Virus record (IMG/VR): IMGVR_UViG_3300032221_000294
Location: 1 to 64,000 of that record
Strand: one strand, 5' to 3'
DNA: 64,000 nt
Origin: a virus
Taxonomy: Duplodnaviria > Caudoviricetes
Shown here: positions 26,893 through 36,924 of the stretch, one piece after another
Layout: every line of letters begins with the position of its first letter
Numbering within the stretch: position 1 is the stretch's first letter
Program-made: the position numbers and the translations under genes
Notes under the pieces: model-generated
Seen by the model: the letters and a program-made list of their open reading frames with translations, nothing else
What the model was told of the DNA's origin: nothing
Databases searched by the model: none

Positions 26893-29800
26893 TTACACGT
26901 ACATTGATGATGAGCGGGCTTGTCTGATGGCGCCGGCAAGTTCCATTGCCACGAGGGCAGCTAGTTGTTCTGAATTTTGACCAGGCTGCTGGTGAATTGT
27001 AATCGGCGCGTTCACCGTCACTCCAGCTCCCATTCCTTCGGAGGAATTCGAAGTTATCGAGGAAACTTTTACGTTGCCAAGCGTCGCTTTGTTCTCCCAA
27101 GCCATCGCTTCACGCTGAGACGAGAAGAACGCCGGGGTTCCTGCGCCCATGGCGTAAGCGACGTGAACGTGATTATAGTGCCCTGCACGAGCGTAAGGCG
27201 GAACTCTCTGACCGTTCTTGATCGAGAAGCCCAGGGGAGTGTAGATAAGCTCCTTCAGATTGCTTCCGTAACTTGAGGCAAGGAAGCGAGCAAAAGCCAT
27301 CATTTGTGGAGTGGGACCTGTACCGTTGGAGTAATCGCGAGCGCGATTGACTCCGTGCCACCCCCTATCTCCAGGTCGGTTACCACTTGTCATTGTGAGG
27401 CCATGGCCTCTTGCCATGGGTGTGAAAGAGTCAACACCGCCAACACTTCCCATACCGGGAACTGAGAATTTGGTTTCGAGTTTGGCCAAACGAGTGTTTG
27501 TTTGCTGTTGATTAACAACTAGAGTTTGATTGATTTGGCCTAGATTCTTTTCCTGAGCTTGCTGAACTTTGCTTAAAGCAGCAACAACAGAAGTAAACCC
27601 GGAGTACATTGTTCTCACGAAGTCTACCATTCCTCCACCATTTCCTCCGGCGGCTGGAATGATCGTCTCGCTGCTGTTAGCAACAACAAGTTTGGACCCA
27701 GACGGTTTGTTTGACATTTCGTAGTTGATAGCCTGACCCAGATTGCCCATGAAAGGATTGGCTGAGCCTTTGGCAAAGGCCGAACCGGGAGTGTTCTGCA
27801 TTTGCGTGAAAATTGAGCTCATTGGAATTCTAACTTTACCGTCTTTACCTTTTACTATCGCCGTGGCTGGTGGTGCGGCTCTATTTAAAAGATTAGCTAT
27901 AGTCGTAAATATATTGCGAATTGCCCCAACAACAACGCCGCCCATTCCGCCAATAAGACGCACAATACCTACAAGTGTGTCAACAATACCGTTAAATAAC
28001 TTTTTAATTCCCGCAATAACACGATCTGTGTCGCCCATAATCAGGCCTGACACGATCTCCCAAAGTCCGTTAAAGAATTTGGTAATACCGCCAAACAATT
28101 GTCCTATACCTTGAACTACCTGGCCAAACGAAGATGTCAGCCAGTTACTGGACTCCTGCATTTTCTTGCCGATATCTTGAAGCGTGTTGGTGAGAGCCAT
28201 AATAGGCCCTTCAAAAATAACAACCGTCGCGGCTAGGGCAGCAACCCAACCTACAACTGGAATAGAAGCCAGTCCGCCAGCGGCAGCAGCGCCACCACCA
28301 CCGGCAGCCCCGGCGGCAGCAACTGGAGCCGCTCCTAATGCCATACCACCAAAGCTGGCAGTTCTTGCCGCAGCAGCTGCTTTCTGAGCCGTTGCTAGTT
28401 TGGCGGCTTCTTTAGCTGCGTTGGCCTTACCTATTTTAGGCCCCAAACCCGTTAGTGTGCCTAACATCATACCGCCCATGCCCTGAATGGCCATGGGGAC
28501 CAAACCCGCAATCAAAGCACTAACAAAAGCCGGAGCGGAAAGGAGCAAGAAAATCTTCCCTAGACCATCGCCTAGCGGTGTTAGACCCTTTGTCATGTCT
28601 CCTTCTGTGAAGAGGAGTTTCATGATCATTGTTTGGATTCCCTTTATCACCATGTCGAGATACTTGGACCCATTAAGTTTATCGGAGTTGAATCCCCTCA
28701 TAAAGTCAGCAAACATCTTGTCGATGGCTGTGCCAGCTTCGCCCCCTAAACCTGATGGGTCAAACAAAGTGGCAATTGATTTTACTATCTCTGCGAACAA
28801 ACGACCAATACCTTCCGCGCCAGTGTACTTCCCAGCCCTCAACTTGGACGCGATATTATCAAGGTTAATTTGAAGTTGTGCGAACACGATATCCAAAGAC
28901 TTCATGGCTGCGTTCACTGGCCCCATGAACACACTTCCCACCGCGTTTAGAAGGCCAGAGATAGACTGCAGAACAGGCGATAAAGATACTGCTATCCTCT
29001 CCAAAGGCGAGTTAGCATTCCTTAGTATGTCGTCGAGCTTCTCAATGTACTCCGTACGTTGTTTCTGTTGCTGAAGCTCAATGCTTTGAAGAGATGCACC
29101 TTTCTTGAGCATCTCGGCTTTTCTTTCTTCTTGTTTTCTGTCATAGTCGGCCAGCTTGAGTGCATACGCGGAATTTTTTACTACTTTTCCTTTGACTTTC
29201 CCAAAGTCCGCGAGTGTTTTCTCTCCCTGACCTTGGACTTCCATGGCCATAGAAAGAATTCCCACGCTGGGGTTGGTCAAAGTGTCTTGAATAGCCTGCA
29301 TTCCGCCAGCTACAGACATTCTCATCTCGTCCAACATCATAGTTGGAGAAGCGATTTCAAGAGCTTTCTTGATGATTTGAACACGTTTCCCGATGTCGCT
29401 AGTCGCTGCAATACCCCCGTCGATCGTCTTCAACGCTTCTACGAGAACAGGGTTACCCTCGAATATGGCAAGTTGTCGGTTAATTGTGCCGGAAGTAATC
29501 GCCTGTGTGAACCCCATCGCCCCCATTCTTGCATACTGCGGGGACGGCATAAGCGTGGCCATCTGCTCGTACAGCTTGGCTAGCTCAACGCCTACCCCCG
29601 GCTGCTCTTTTGTACCTTTGAAGGTTTTTTCGAGGTCTGCTTCAGACTGCGTACCAAGATTGTTGATACCTCGGCTCTTAAGCATGAGCGGGAGCAAGTT
29701 ATCAGTCAATTGACGGTTAAGAGTGGACACCGTCGCGGTACTAACAGGCGACTCTCGAACAATATTTCCGATAACTTCTTCGTTGATCCTTGATATTCTC

Positions 29801-30417
29801 TTGGTTTGTCTGTAGTCTCGGGTATCCTCCTCTGCCGTAGTTCCTTTGAAAACACCTTGCTTCTTCAGTGACCCAAACAAGGACCCGCGAGCTTGCATGT
29901 CCTCAAGCTCATCTTTGACGGCAGCACTAAATTGTTTTCCTACGAATCCCATCCCCTTCGACAGGATTCCAATCGTGCTTCTTGCACCGACACTCATAGC
30001 ATTACCAACACCTTCCCCAACTTTAATTAGCGCATTCGCTTTGAGAATTTCCCCTAAAACTTTTGCCTCACCTTGCGCTGCACGGATGCCATCTTTCATC
30101 CCTGCGCCAAAGTTATCCCCCACTTGTGAAGCATCGCCTAGATTCTTCCCAAGTACGCGAGCATCTTCACTAGCTGCTTTGATTCCGTCTCGGAATTTGT
30201 TTAACCCCCTTGACGCTTTCCGGTCAAAGATATCCCCGATTGAATCAAGATCTTTGGCAAAACTTCTGAGATCTTTGTTGAGCTCACGAAAACTTCGCCC
30301 CATCCCCCTGTTTATAACCTTTTCAAACGCTGCGAAGGTCCGATTCAGTTTCTTTAACGAAGGGGTAATTTGATCGTCAAATTTACCGACTAGCGTAAAT
30401 GTCTTGTTCTCGGCCAT
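26893..30417 (-). CDS. Tail tape measure protein with C-terminal HxxHVH domain
   Basis: 1174 aa, helical, A/G-rich, amphipathic repeats; GGGTAAAA at 30441-30448. Confidence 0.85.
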   Translation of the reverse strand: MAENKTFTLVGKFDDQITPSLKKLNRTFAAFEKVINRGMGRSFRELNKDLRSFAKDLDSIGDIFDRKASRGLNKFRDGIKAASEDARVLGKNLGDASQVGDNFGAGMKDGIRAAQGEAKVLGEILKANALIKVGEGVGNAMSVGARSTIGILSKGMGFVGKQFSAAVKDELEDMQARGSLFGSLKKQGVFKGTTAEEDTRDYRQTKRISRINEEVIGNIVRESPVSTATVSTLNRQLTDNLLPLMLKSRGINNLGTQSEADLEKTFKGTKEQPGVGVELAKLYEQMATLMPSPQYARMGAMGFTQAITSGTINRQLAIFEGNPVLVEALKTIDGGIAATSDIGKRVQIIKKALEIASPTMMLDEMRMSVAGGMQAIQDTLTNPSVGILSMAMEVQGQGEKTLADFGKVKGKVVKNSAYALKLADYDRKQEERKAEMLKKGASLQSIELQQQKQRTEYIEKLDDILRNANSPLERIAVSLSPVLQSISGLLNAVGSVFMGPVNAAMKSLDIVFAQLQINLDNIASKLRAGKYTGAEGIGRLFAEIVKSIATLFDPSGLGGEAGTAIDKMFADFMRGFNSDKLNGSKYLDMVIKGIQTMIMKLLFTEGDMTKGLTPLGDGLGKIFLLLSAPAFVSALIAGLVPMAIQGMGGMMLGTLTGLGPKIGKANAAKEAAKLATAQKAAAAARTASFGGMALGAAPVAAAGAAGGGGAAAAGGLASIPVVGWVAALAATVVIFEGPIMALTNTLQDIGKKMQESSNWLTSSFGQVVQGIGQLFGGITKFFNGLWEIVSGLIMGDTDRVIAGIKKLFNGIVDTLVGIVRLIGGMGGVVVGAIRNIFTTIANLLNRAAPPATAIVKGKDGKVRIPMSSIFTQMQNTPGSAFAKGSANPFMGNLGQAINYEMSNKPSGSKLVVANSSETIIPAAGGNGGGMVDFVRTMYSGFTSVVAALSKVQQAQEKNLGQINQTLVVNQQQTNTRLAKLETKFSVPGMGSVGGVDSFTPMARGHGLTMTSGNRPGDRGWHGVNRARDYSNGTGPTPQMMAFARFLASSYGSNLKELIYTPLGFSIKNGQRVPPYARAGHYNHVHVAYAMGAGTPAFFSSQREAMAWENKATLGNVKVSSITSNSSEGMGAGVTVNAPITIHQQPGQNSEQLAALVAMELAGAIRQARSSSMYV

Positions 30418-30450
30418 TCTACGAGGTTATTCTTTCTTACTTTTACCCGG

Positions 30451-31173
30451 CTATGGCTTAGGTATAACGGGCTTCGGCGGCGTCTTTGCCTTAGTCTGCG
30501 CGGCGACTTGTGCGGTAAACTTGTTCGCTTCTGCGGTTTCCGCACTTACTTTTGCAAGAGAACTGTTTGTGGCTTTCTGTGAAAAGGGGGCTTGGTCGAT
30601 ACCCGAGTCAACTTGAAACGCAGGGACTTCGATAAAGGAAACGTCAACGTAAGCGCGAGTTGTATCACCCGCAAGATCGCGCATCTTTTCTTTCACCTGA
30701 ACACTCTTGATCAGGAAATACGCTTGCCCACCGTACCCCTTCTGATTGGCCCAAACCTGATAAACAGGCACGTTAACAAATCCACCAGCTAGCGAAGATT
30801 TGTACTTCAGAAGGTCCTCTAGAGCTGAGACTTTGGCTTCGACTTTCTTATTACGTGTAAACCCTTCGACTAGCGCATTGTTCAAGCTAAACTCACGCAA
30901 TCCCCTGGTTCCAGAAACCGCTGGGGGATTATTCGTCCCGAACATCTCGACACGGTTAACTGCGTTAGAGTTTGTCCAGGAGATTTCTTCGGGGGCACAA
31001 ATGAAGGTCCACGACTCCGGACCCAAATCAACGCCTGGATCAAAAGCAACTGGGTTAAAAGTCAAAGACTTTGCTGCGTTTAAGTCTATATTTGTTAAGT
31101 TAATATTTGTCTTCGGGTCGTATATCAGCGAATCCGTCTTGAACGAATTTGAAAAATTAGAGGAATAATCCAC
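30451..31173 (-). CDS. Tail tube/baseplate initiator-like protein
   Basis: F...PEEISW...G.R..SL...FLIKSV.V.E...G...RA.VDVSF.E pattern. Confidence 0.55.
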   Translation of the reverse strand: MDYSSNFSNSFKTDSLIYDPKTNINLTNIDLNAAKSLTFNPVAFDPGVDLGPESWTFICAPEEISWTNSNAVNRVEMFGTNNPPAVSGTRGLREFSLNNALVEGFTRNKKVEAKVSALEDLLKYKSSLAGGFVNVPVYQVWANQKGYGGQAYFLIKSVQVKEKMRDLAGDTTRAYVDVSFIEVPAFQVDSGIDQAPFSQKATNSSLAKVSAETAEANKFTAQVAAQTKAKTPPKPVIPKP

Positions 31174-31176
31174 GAG

Positions 31177-31905
31177 TCATAGCCCCCCTGTAACATACAT
31201 TGAACTTCTCTTAATTGCGTTTATTGCTGTATTCTGGATATTTCCGGGATTCGTCACACTTGTTAGCGGCAGCGTGGTTGGAGTTGTAGGGTTAAAGACA
31301 GAAGAGAAGTTCTCAAAAGTCTGCGGACCAGAGTTAGCTGGGCGAATCGCAATCACAACGTCAGGGCCATTTGAGCCCAATGTATAAGCGTTGCCGCCGT
31401 TATACTGAGCTGGTGGTTCATTCCCCGCCCCTGGAAAGAATTTCGAGGCTTGGCTACCACCCGAACCTGAACCCGGTGTGATACCTCCCCCTATCAAATT
31501 CGTAAGACCGTTGAGTCCCTGGTTCACTAAGCCGGCACCAATCTGCGAAAGAACTGGACCAAGTGGTCCTGCACCTTTCAAACTGTTTTGAATCGACTGG
31601 TTAATTCCTTGCGCGAGGGACCCTGTAACGTAGGGAGTAATTGTGGAGGCAAGAACGTTCGCCCCAGTATTTAGGTTGAGGCCAGAGGCTCCGGCGACCT
31701 GAGTGCCGAGAAGGGAGTTAATTCCAACGTTGACCACACTGCTCGCAACATTTCCAACTACGGCGGAACCAGCTTGAGCAAGGCTCTGGTTAGCAACTCC
31801 GCGAAAGAGTTGATTGGTGCTGGTTCCTACACTCGTCGTTACGACGTTTGACACAAACTGTGGTGTAATGCCGACCAGGCTGAGAGGTCCGCCAGGATTG
31901 GCCAT
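31177..31905 (-). CDS. Gly/Asn-rich structural protein
   Basis: Composition and position. Confidence 0.55.
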   Translation of the reverse strand: MANPGGPLSLVGITPQFVSNVVTTSVGTSTNQLFRGVANQSLAQAGSAVVGNVASSVVNVGINSLLGTQVAGASGLNLNTGANVLASTITPYVTGSLAQGINQSIQNSLKGAGPLGPVLSQIGAGLVNQGLNGLTNLIGGGITPGSGSGGSQASKFFPGAGNEPPAQYNGGNAYTLGSNGPDVVIAIRPANSGPQTFENFSSVFNPTTPTTLPLTSVTNPGNIQNTAINAIKRSSMYVTGGL

Positions 31906-32588
31906 TATTTCCACCCCCGAGTTCGAACTCTGCGCTTATAGTCTTGCTTTGTTTCGTCGTCTTCGTCTTTGTGCTCGTTCGGAATCGGCGGCAGCTTATC
32001 AAGCGAGTCTGCCTTCATCCGATACGTGCATAACCAACCGCTTTCGGTTGGGGCAATTTCAAAGGTGAATTTATGGTCACCGTGCATAAACGTTCCGGCG
32101 AACGTCCCGTCCCCTTTCTGGAGAAACTGATTTTCCTCTTTCGGGTAGTCGCCGGAGTTGCTACGAATCTTTTCTACAGGTGAGCCGAACACGGACTCAA
32201 TCACTTTCTGCAAAACTTGCTCGCATTTCTCACCACACCCTAGACTATCCTCGATGAAGTCTTGAGTGTTGATTCCGGGTGTTGCGTCTTCGTCGTAAAC
32301 TCGTAGAAGCTCTTCAGCGTTGACCGAAATAATGTCGTCAACAAAAGGCCAATCGGCGGGATTGACCTTGCCAAGTATCTCGACGGCCTCGTCCCACTCC
32401 TCGGGCTCAAGACCATCGGCAAAGTCAAACTTGTTGATCAGCTGCGCTAGAGAAACGGAACCGTCAACATAATCATGCCGAAGATGACTAGAGTAATCGT
32501 TAGGAATTCTTTCAGCCAGGCCCTCTGCCGCCTCCCACAAGAAACGCGCCACCGATAGGTATTTCGCCTGGTAGGCGACATCTGACAT
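31905..32588 (-). CDS. Acidic hypothetical late protein
   Basis: GGGTAAAA at 32612-32619. Confidence 0.6.
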   Translation of the reverse strand: MSDVAYQAKYLSVARFLWEAAEGLAERIPNDYSSHLRHDYVDGSVSLAQLINKFDFADGLEPEEWDEAVEILGKVNPADWPFVDDIISVNAEELLRVYDEDATPGINTQDFIEDSLGCGEKCEQVLQKVIESVFGSPVEKIRSNSGDYPKEENQFLQKGDGTFAGTFMHGDHKFTFEIAPTESGWLCTYRMKADSLDKLPPIPNEHKDEDDETKQDYKRRVRTRGWK

Positions 32589-32623
32589 CTGACACCGATT
32601 GAGTTGCTAACTTTTACCCTGGC

Positions 32624-33595
32624 TCAGAGCCTCACGGGAGGCTCAAGGCAGATCTTCGCAAATTGCCGAATCGTAGTTTCAAAGTGATCAGTGCGATCAT
32701 TTGGCTCAGGGTCGTTCAAACACTCTACAAACTGGCTATACCACGGTGCCGTTTCCTCAACAGAGTAATAAGGGTTCGGTTCACAAAGATCAAAGAGGCA
32801 TTTAGGACTACCTGGAGGCAAATTGTCACCCATATCGCCATGCTTAACTTTCCAGTCAGCAAGATTGCGAGGATGATCGAGTTCGTAACCCATGCGATGC
32901 AGAGTATGATCGATAACGCCTTGGTTACCGACAAGGCGCTCTTGTATCTTCTCCTTTGGGAACGGTACTCGGGAGTTTGCGAAATAGACATGGTGTTCCT
33001 CGTCAACAAGCTGACTCCAATCGCGATCTAACGTTGAGAGGAAGATTTGCCGCTGAGTAACAACGCTGTCAGCGCCGCTATCCCGACTGAGGCGATAGAC
33101 AGCACCCGCAATGTCGTCTGCTTCGAAACCTTCTTGAGCGAATGTTGGGAAGTGTTCATTACAATACGCCCATCCGACGTTAAAAACACGCCAGAAGTTG
33201 TCAGTTTTTTCGCCTCGCGTCCCCTTGTAATGTGTAGGGATTTCAGAAAGTTCTTTATTCTGTGCCTCAGCATACTGCTCCCAAGCTGTTTTAACGATGG
33301 TTGACTCCCGCATGAAACGGTCCCGCCAGTAGTTTCCCGTGTCAGAAAATCTGCTGTCGGCTACGACTACGATGCGGTACGAGTGACGGGGAAGCATATC
33401 CGGGCCACGATTGATTTTGAGCGCCCACGCACCTTTGAGAAGTTTATCTTCAACTTCAGGCTTGAACGAGTTTTCAATCTTTTCTTCAAACCAGCGCAAA
33501 ATATCGTGAAGGTAAACATGGAAGTCTACCACCACGAGGGGAGCTGGATTGTTCCGAAATTGAAAGTTAGTTTCTAGTTTCGGTCTGTCAATCAT
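32624..33595 (-). CDS. 5'-3' exonuclease/flap endonuclease
   Basis: VVVD, YKGTR, FEADD, DRD..QL, GDMGDNLP. Confidence 0.85.
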   Translation of the reverse strand: MIDRPKLETNFQFRNNPAPLVVVDFHVYLHDILRWFEEKIENSFKPEVEDKLLKGAWALKINRGPDMLPRHSYRIVVVADSRFSDTGNYWRDRFMRESTIVKTAWEQYAEAQNKELSEIPTHYKGTRGEKTDNFWRVFNVGWAYCNEHFPTFAQEGFEADDIAGAVYRLSRDSGADSVVTQRQIFLSTLDRDWSQLVDEEHHVYFANSRVPFPKEKIQERLVGNQGVIDHTLHRMGYELDHPRNLADWKVKHGDMGDNLPPGSPKCLFDLCEPNPYYSVEETAPWYSQFVECLNDPEPNDRTDHFETTIRQFAKICLEPPVRL

Positions 33596-33813
33596 CTGGG
33601 CATTGGTAGGTCACACCAGTGTGTGGGTTGTTCCGCGTGGTCTTGACCGAATACTGGTTCCCATCCGTTCCTTTGAGTGTACAACCATACGTCAGGATAC
33701 CCATAATTGCCCTCTTCGGTAAGGAAGCAAACTACGTACTCACTGTCGCGAGTAGGATAGTCTTCCAGAATTCGCCAAGTCGCTTTGACTTGTTCTTTGG
33801 TCAGGGTGGTCAT
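33592..33813 (-). CDS. DUF551-like small protein
   Basis: W.....P ... PTHW..LP.P. Confidence 0.6.
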   Translation of the reverse strand: MTTLTKEQVKATWRILEDYPTRDSEYVVCFLTEEGNYGYPDVWLYTQRNGWEPVFGQDHAEQPTHWCDLPMPR

Positions 33814-33815
33814 GA

Positions 33816-34595
33816 TCAGAGTCTGCCTCGGAGGGTTGCTTTCAGAGTTTCGATTTCAGCCCGTAGCTCTAGGTTCTCGACTTCCAAGGGAGTTGGCTCC
33901 GGGGTGAAGTAGGCTCTAGACACGGCAGGGGTTTGTGTAGAGAAGATGGGGCGGATAGCGCGGGCGAGTTCGACGTGCTCCCACTGAACCACGCCTTTGT
34001 CATCGCGAACCCCAAGGTAATGCATCCAGCTACGAACAGAACCTGTGACGTACATGCGAGTGAAACCGCCTTGCGGAAGTACGAAACGGGCGACTTCTTT
34101 GGCGATGTCGTTTTTAAGGAGATCATTGTAGGCGAGATCAGCAATTTTGTACGCGGATTGCATCGTGTTCATCATCGCGTCAGTCAAGTTTGCGTCGTTC
34201 GCGAAGATGCTGTTTTGACGATTCTTGTGGTCCTGAACTCTTGCCTCTTCCGGAATGTAGTACAGGTCACCGAAGGGACCTAGCAACTCTTTCAGTTCCT
34301 CGTTGGTGGAGTATCGTAGCGAAAATTGCTGGAAGCAGAACGACCGGTGGCGAAGCATCTGCGTGGCGATTGCTAGCGGCGTAATCACCTCGATGCACAT
34401 GTATGCTTGTTCAAACACCGAAACGTGACCGTGCTTGATGCAATACTTCAGAAGACCTTCGATCTTCTCGTTTTCTTGGTTTTTTGGATTGCTGACGCGG
34501 GCAATGTAAGCGATGTGCTCTTCGGCATCAGGAGTTACCCACACAAGACGGGCTCGGGACGACCCTTCGATGAACCAGGGATTGCTGTTTTTCAT
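33816..34595 (-). CDS. thyX: Flavin-dependent thymidylate synthase
   Basis: ARVS, H.SVFE, RHRSFCFQQFSLRY, EVARFVLP. Confidence 0.95.
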   Translation of the reverse strand: MKNSNPWFIEGSSRARLVWVTPDAEEHIAYIARVSNPKNQENEKIEGLLKYCIKHGHVSVFEQAYMCIEVITPLAIATQMLRHRSFCFQQFSLRYSTNEELKELLGPFGDLYYIPEEARVQDHKNRQNSIFANDANLTDAMMNTMQSAYKIADLAYNDLLKNDIAKEVARFVLPQGGFTRMYVTGSVRSWMHYLGVRDDKGVVQWEHVELARAIRPIFSTQTPAVSRAYFTPEPTPLEVENLELRAEIETLKATLRGRL

Positions 34596-34909
34596 CAGAA
34601 GTCCAGAGCGACGTTTTCCATGCCGAAGTGACCCGTTAGTGGGTCAAATGAGGGCGTTGCTGAGTCCGTAACTTGAAGAGTTTCACCTGAAGTCAAGTGT
34701 CCAGTTGCCCGAAGAAAATCTCCGAATAATTCCACTAACTGGGGAAGATTGGCTTCTGATGTGATTGACATCGCGATGTCAGCTTCGATCGCGTCAGAAG
34801 GGGGCTCGTAGGCTAGGCGGTAACGCCCAAATTCGTACATTGTTCCAGTGAGGTGGTCGGTAGTAGTATAGTGAGAGTCTGCCAAGTGTAAATCAGAAGT
34901 CCAGGGCAA
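34595..34909 (-). CDS. Hypothetical protein
   Basis: L..LVE.F.DFLRA.G; ends VALDF. Confidence 0.55.
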   Translation of the reverse strand: MPWTSDLHLADSHYTTTDHLTGTMYEFGRYRLAYEPPSDAIEADIAMSITSEANLPQLVELFGDFLRATGHLTSGETLQVTDSATPSFDPLTGHFGMENVALDF

Positions 34910-35513
34910 TGTCTTCAGCGTTGAGTTCTTCCTTGTTGACGGACCCGGCCATCATCTCCATCGCTTTGATGGTGGAAAGGCAGTCCGCGAAAGCGTCGTG
35001 GGCGGGCATTCCAGAAAGGGCGGGAAGGCGTTGCCACTTGAAACCGTCTTTCTTCGTGTTCCACTCCCCAACCCACTCAGAGTACTTGTCCATCGCACAA
35101 GAAGCACCTGCGATCTTCGGTAGATCTTGATCGTACTTCTTGAAAAGAGACCACAGGAGCTTCACATCAAAGTCCGAGTTCCAGCAAACCACTTGCTTGT
35201 TTTCGAGCACGAACGCAACCATCTTGGCAACTTGAGAGAAGATGGGTTGATTCTGCACCTGCTCGTTGGTGATACCGTGAATCGCAATCACCTCGTCACT
35301 CATCGGCTTGTTCGGTTTCACAAGCATTGAAAACAGGGGGCGACCTTTGACGTCGGTAATCGCCAGTTGGCAAACTTCGGTGTCAGGGTCTTTGCTCGGC
35401 AGTCCCGTAGTTTCTGTGTCAATTATGACAGTGGAGGCGTCAGCGAGGCGCTCTTTTGCCCACTCAGCTGCGCTCTCTCTGAAACGAGCCAGTTCCTCAG
35501 TAGTCGGTTTCAT
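34893..35513 (-). CDS. DEDDh 3'-5' exonuclease
   Basis: IIDTETTGL, IHGIT, WNSDFD, HDAFADC. Confidence 0.9.
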   Translation of the reverse strand: MKPTTEELARFRESAAEWAKERLADASTVIIDTETTGLPSKDPDTEVCQLAITDVKGRPLFSMLVKPNKPMSDEVIAIHGITNEQVQNQPIFSQVAKMVAFVLENKQVVCWNSDFDVKLLWSLFKKYDQDLPKIAGASCAMDKYSEWVGEWNTKKDGFKWQRLPALSGMPAHDAFADCLSTIKAMEMMAGSVNKEELNAEDIALDF

Positions 35514-35697
35514 CGTTAATTTCGTTGTAGTAATCTTGGCCGATTCGCTCTCTCCACTCAATAATCTTACTGAAAGCTTCAACCAGGTCAGAAGCGAAAC
35601 CGCTTACGTGTTCGATTCCGTCTGGTCCGTCATAGAGTTCAAATCGAAAGAACTCTTTTCCGGTATTGGTGAAGTGGTTAACAATCTCAATTTGCAT
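35497..35697 (-). CDS. Hypothetical protein
   Basis: Coupled ORF. Confidence 0.5.
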   Translation of the reverse strand: MQIEIVNHFTNTGKEFFRFELYDGPDGIEHVSGFASDLVEAFSKIIEWRERIGQDYYNEINDETDY

Positions 35698-36058
35698 CGT
35701 AAGTCAGTGGCTTGATCCCGTAGTCGGTAGACCCGAACAGGTCTCTGTCGATAGATCTTCCCCCAAGGCGGGTGTAACAGTAAATTTCTCCGAGGAACTT
35801 AATGCGCTCATTTTGTTCTGGAACGTGACCAATCTTCTTGAATTGGCGACGAAGAAACCACAGATGGTTAACTAGAATCGACTCACCGATGGGAAGGGGA
35901 GTTACGATCAAGTTGACGAGGAGAATGGTGTCGAGGTCCCGCCGTTTTTCATGGCGGCGAAACTCTTTAATTCGACCGGAGCATTCAACTTTCGTTCCTT
36001 CCAACAGCCTTAAATCGTCGCGTTGACGAATAACGGTGTTCACATCGACGGGTACCAC
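35687..36058 (-). CDS. Hypothetical protein
   Basis: First gene after CTTTAC-N16-TATAGT at 36069-36096. Confidence 0.55.
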   Translation of the reverse strand: MVPVDVNTVIRQRDDLRLLEGTKVECSGRIKEFRRHEKRRDLDTILLVNLIVTPLPIGESILVNHLWFLRRQFKKIGHVPEQNERIKFLGEIYCYTRLGGRSIDRDLFGSTDYGIKPLTYDAN

Positions 36059-36135
36059 TCACCCTTTCACTATAGCGGAAGCAGTGGTGGGTAAAGTTAT
36101 CGAGGGAAACTGCGGGATATTCCGCGAAATATATC

Positions 36136-36888
36136 ATGACACTCGGACAAACCACTTTTGATTTGAATAAAGGTCAGTATAACGAAAAGTTGGGGCGAAT
36201 CATTAGTAACCACCGGGCAGGAAGCCGCCTTTGTGGTGAGCCAGCCGAGTTCATTCTCCGAAGCTGCCGTTTGACGGAGCAGTGGGGAAAACTTGGGCAA
36301 GATTCGGACACGGTTGTTTACCTTCGCAACGTTGATATTGCAGGAGGCAGAAAAGTGAAGATGCTCTCGCTTGAGCGAGGGGGGACTCGCCAGCCGATAT
36401 CAAAGAGCAAGTTGGTTGAGGCACTGTATCCGACTAAGAAGATTGCCACCACGGCAACGGCGGAGGAAAAGCATTACAACACAGTCAAGTCTGCGATGCG
36501 TGGCGCTGTCAAAGACCAGTTGAAAAGGTTTCGGGACCAAATCGAGTTGCCGTGCGTTTGCTGCTTGACAGGGAAGCAGATTCGTCGAGGAATGCGCACA
36601 GATGTCGATCATACTGGGACGTCGTTTAGCGAGATTGCCGATTGTTTTCTTACCGAAAATAAATTGAAGTACACGGATATTGCGCTGGTTGGGCCTCCAA
36701 CTGCGAAGAAGTTTCGACTCGAGACGCTCTGGGAGTCGTGGAAAAAATTCCATAATGAAAAGGCGAGGTACGCAATCGTCCTCGCCAGTGCCAACCGAAG
36801 TAAGGGTTGCGGTGAATATGAAACACCCGAGTGCCTTTACGGGTCATTCTCGAGTGCAAACCCCGAAGAGTTGTCCCTTGAGTTTTAA
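36136..36888 (+). CDS. HNH-like nuclease on the opposite strand
   Basis: C.CCLTG...DVDH...FH...N..KG; ends ELSLEF. Confidence 0.6.
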   Translation: MTLGQTTFDLNKGQYNEKLGRIISNHRAGSRLCGEPAEFILRSCRLTEQWGKLGQDSDTVVYLRNVDIAGGRKVKMLSLERGGTRQPISKSKLVEALYPTKKIATTATAEEKHYNTVKSAMRGAVKDQLKRFRDQIELPCVCCLTGKQIRRGMRTDVDHTGTSFSEIADCFLTENKLKYTDIALVGPPTAKKFRLETLWESWKKFHNEKARYAIVLASANRSKGCGEYETPECLYGSFSSANPEELSLEF

Positions 36889-36924
36889 GGATTCCGGCTT
36901 TATCTACTTAGACGAGCACGAGGA

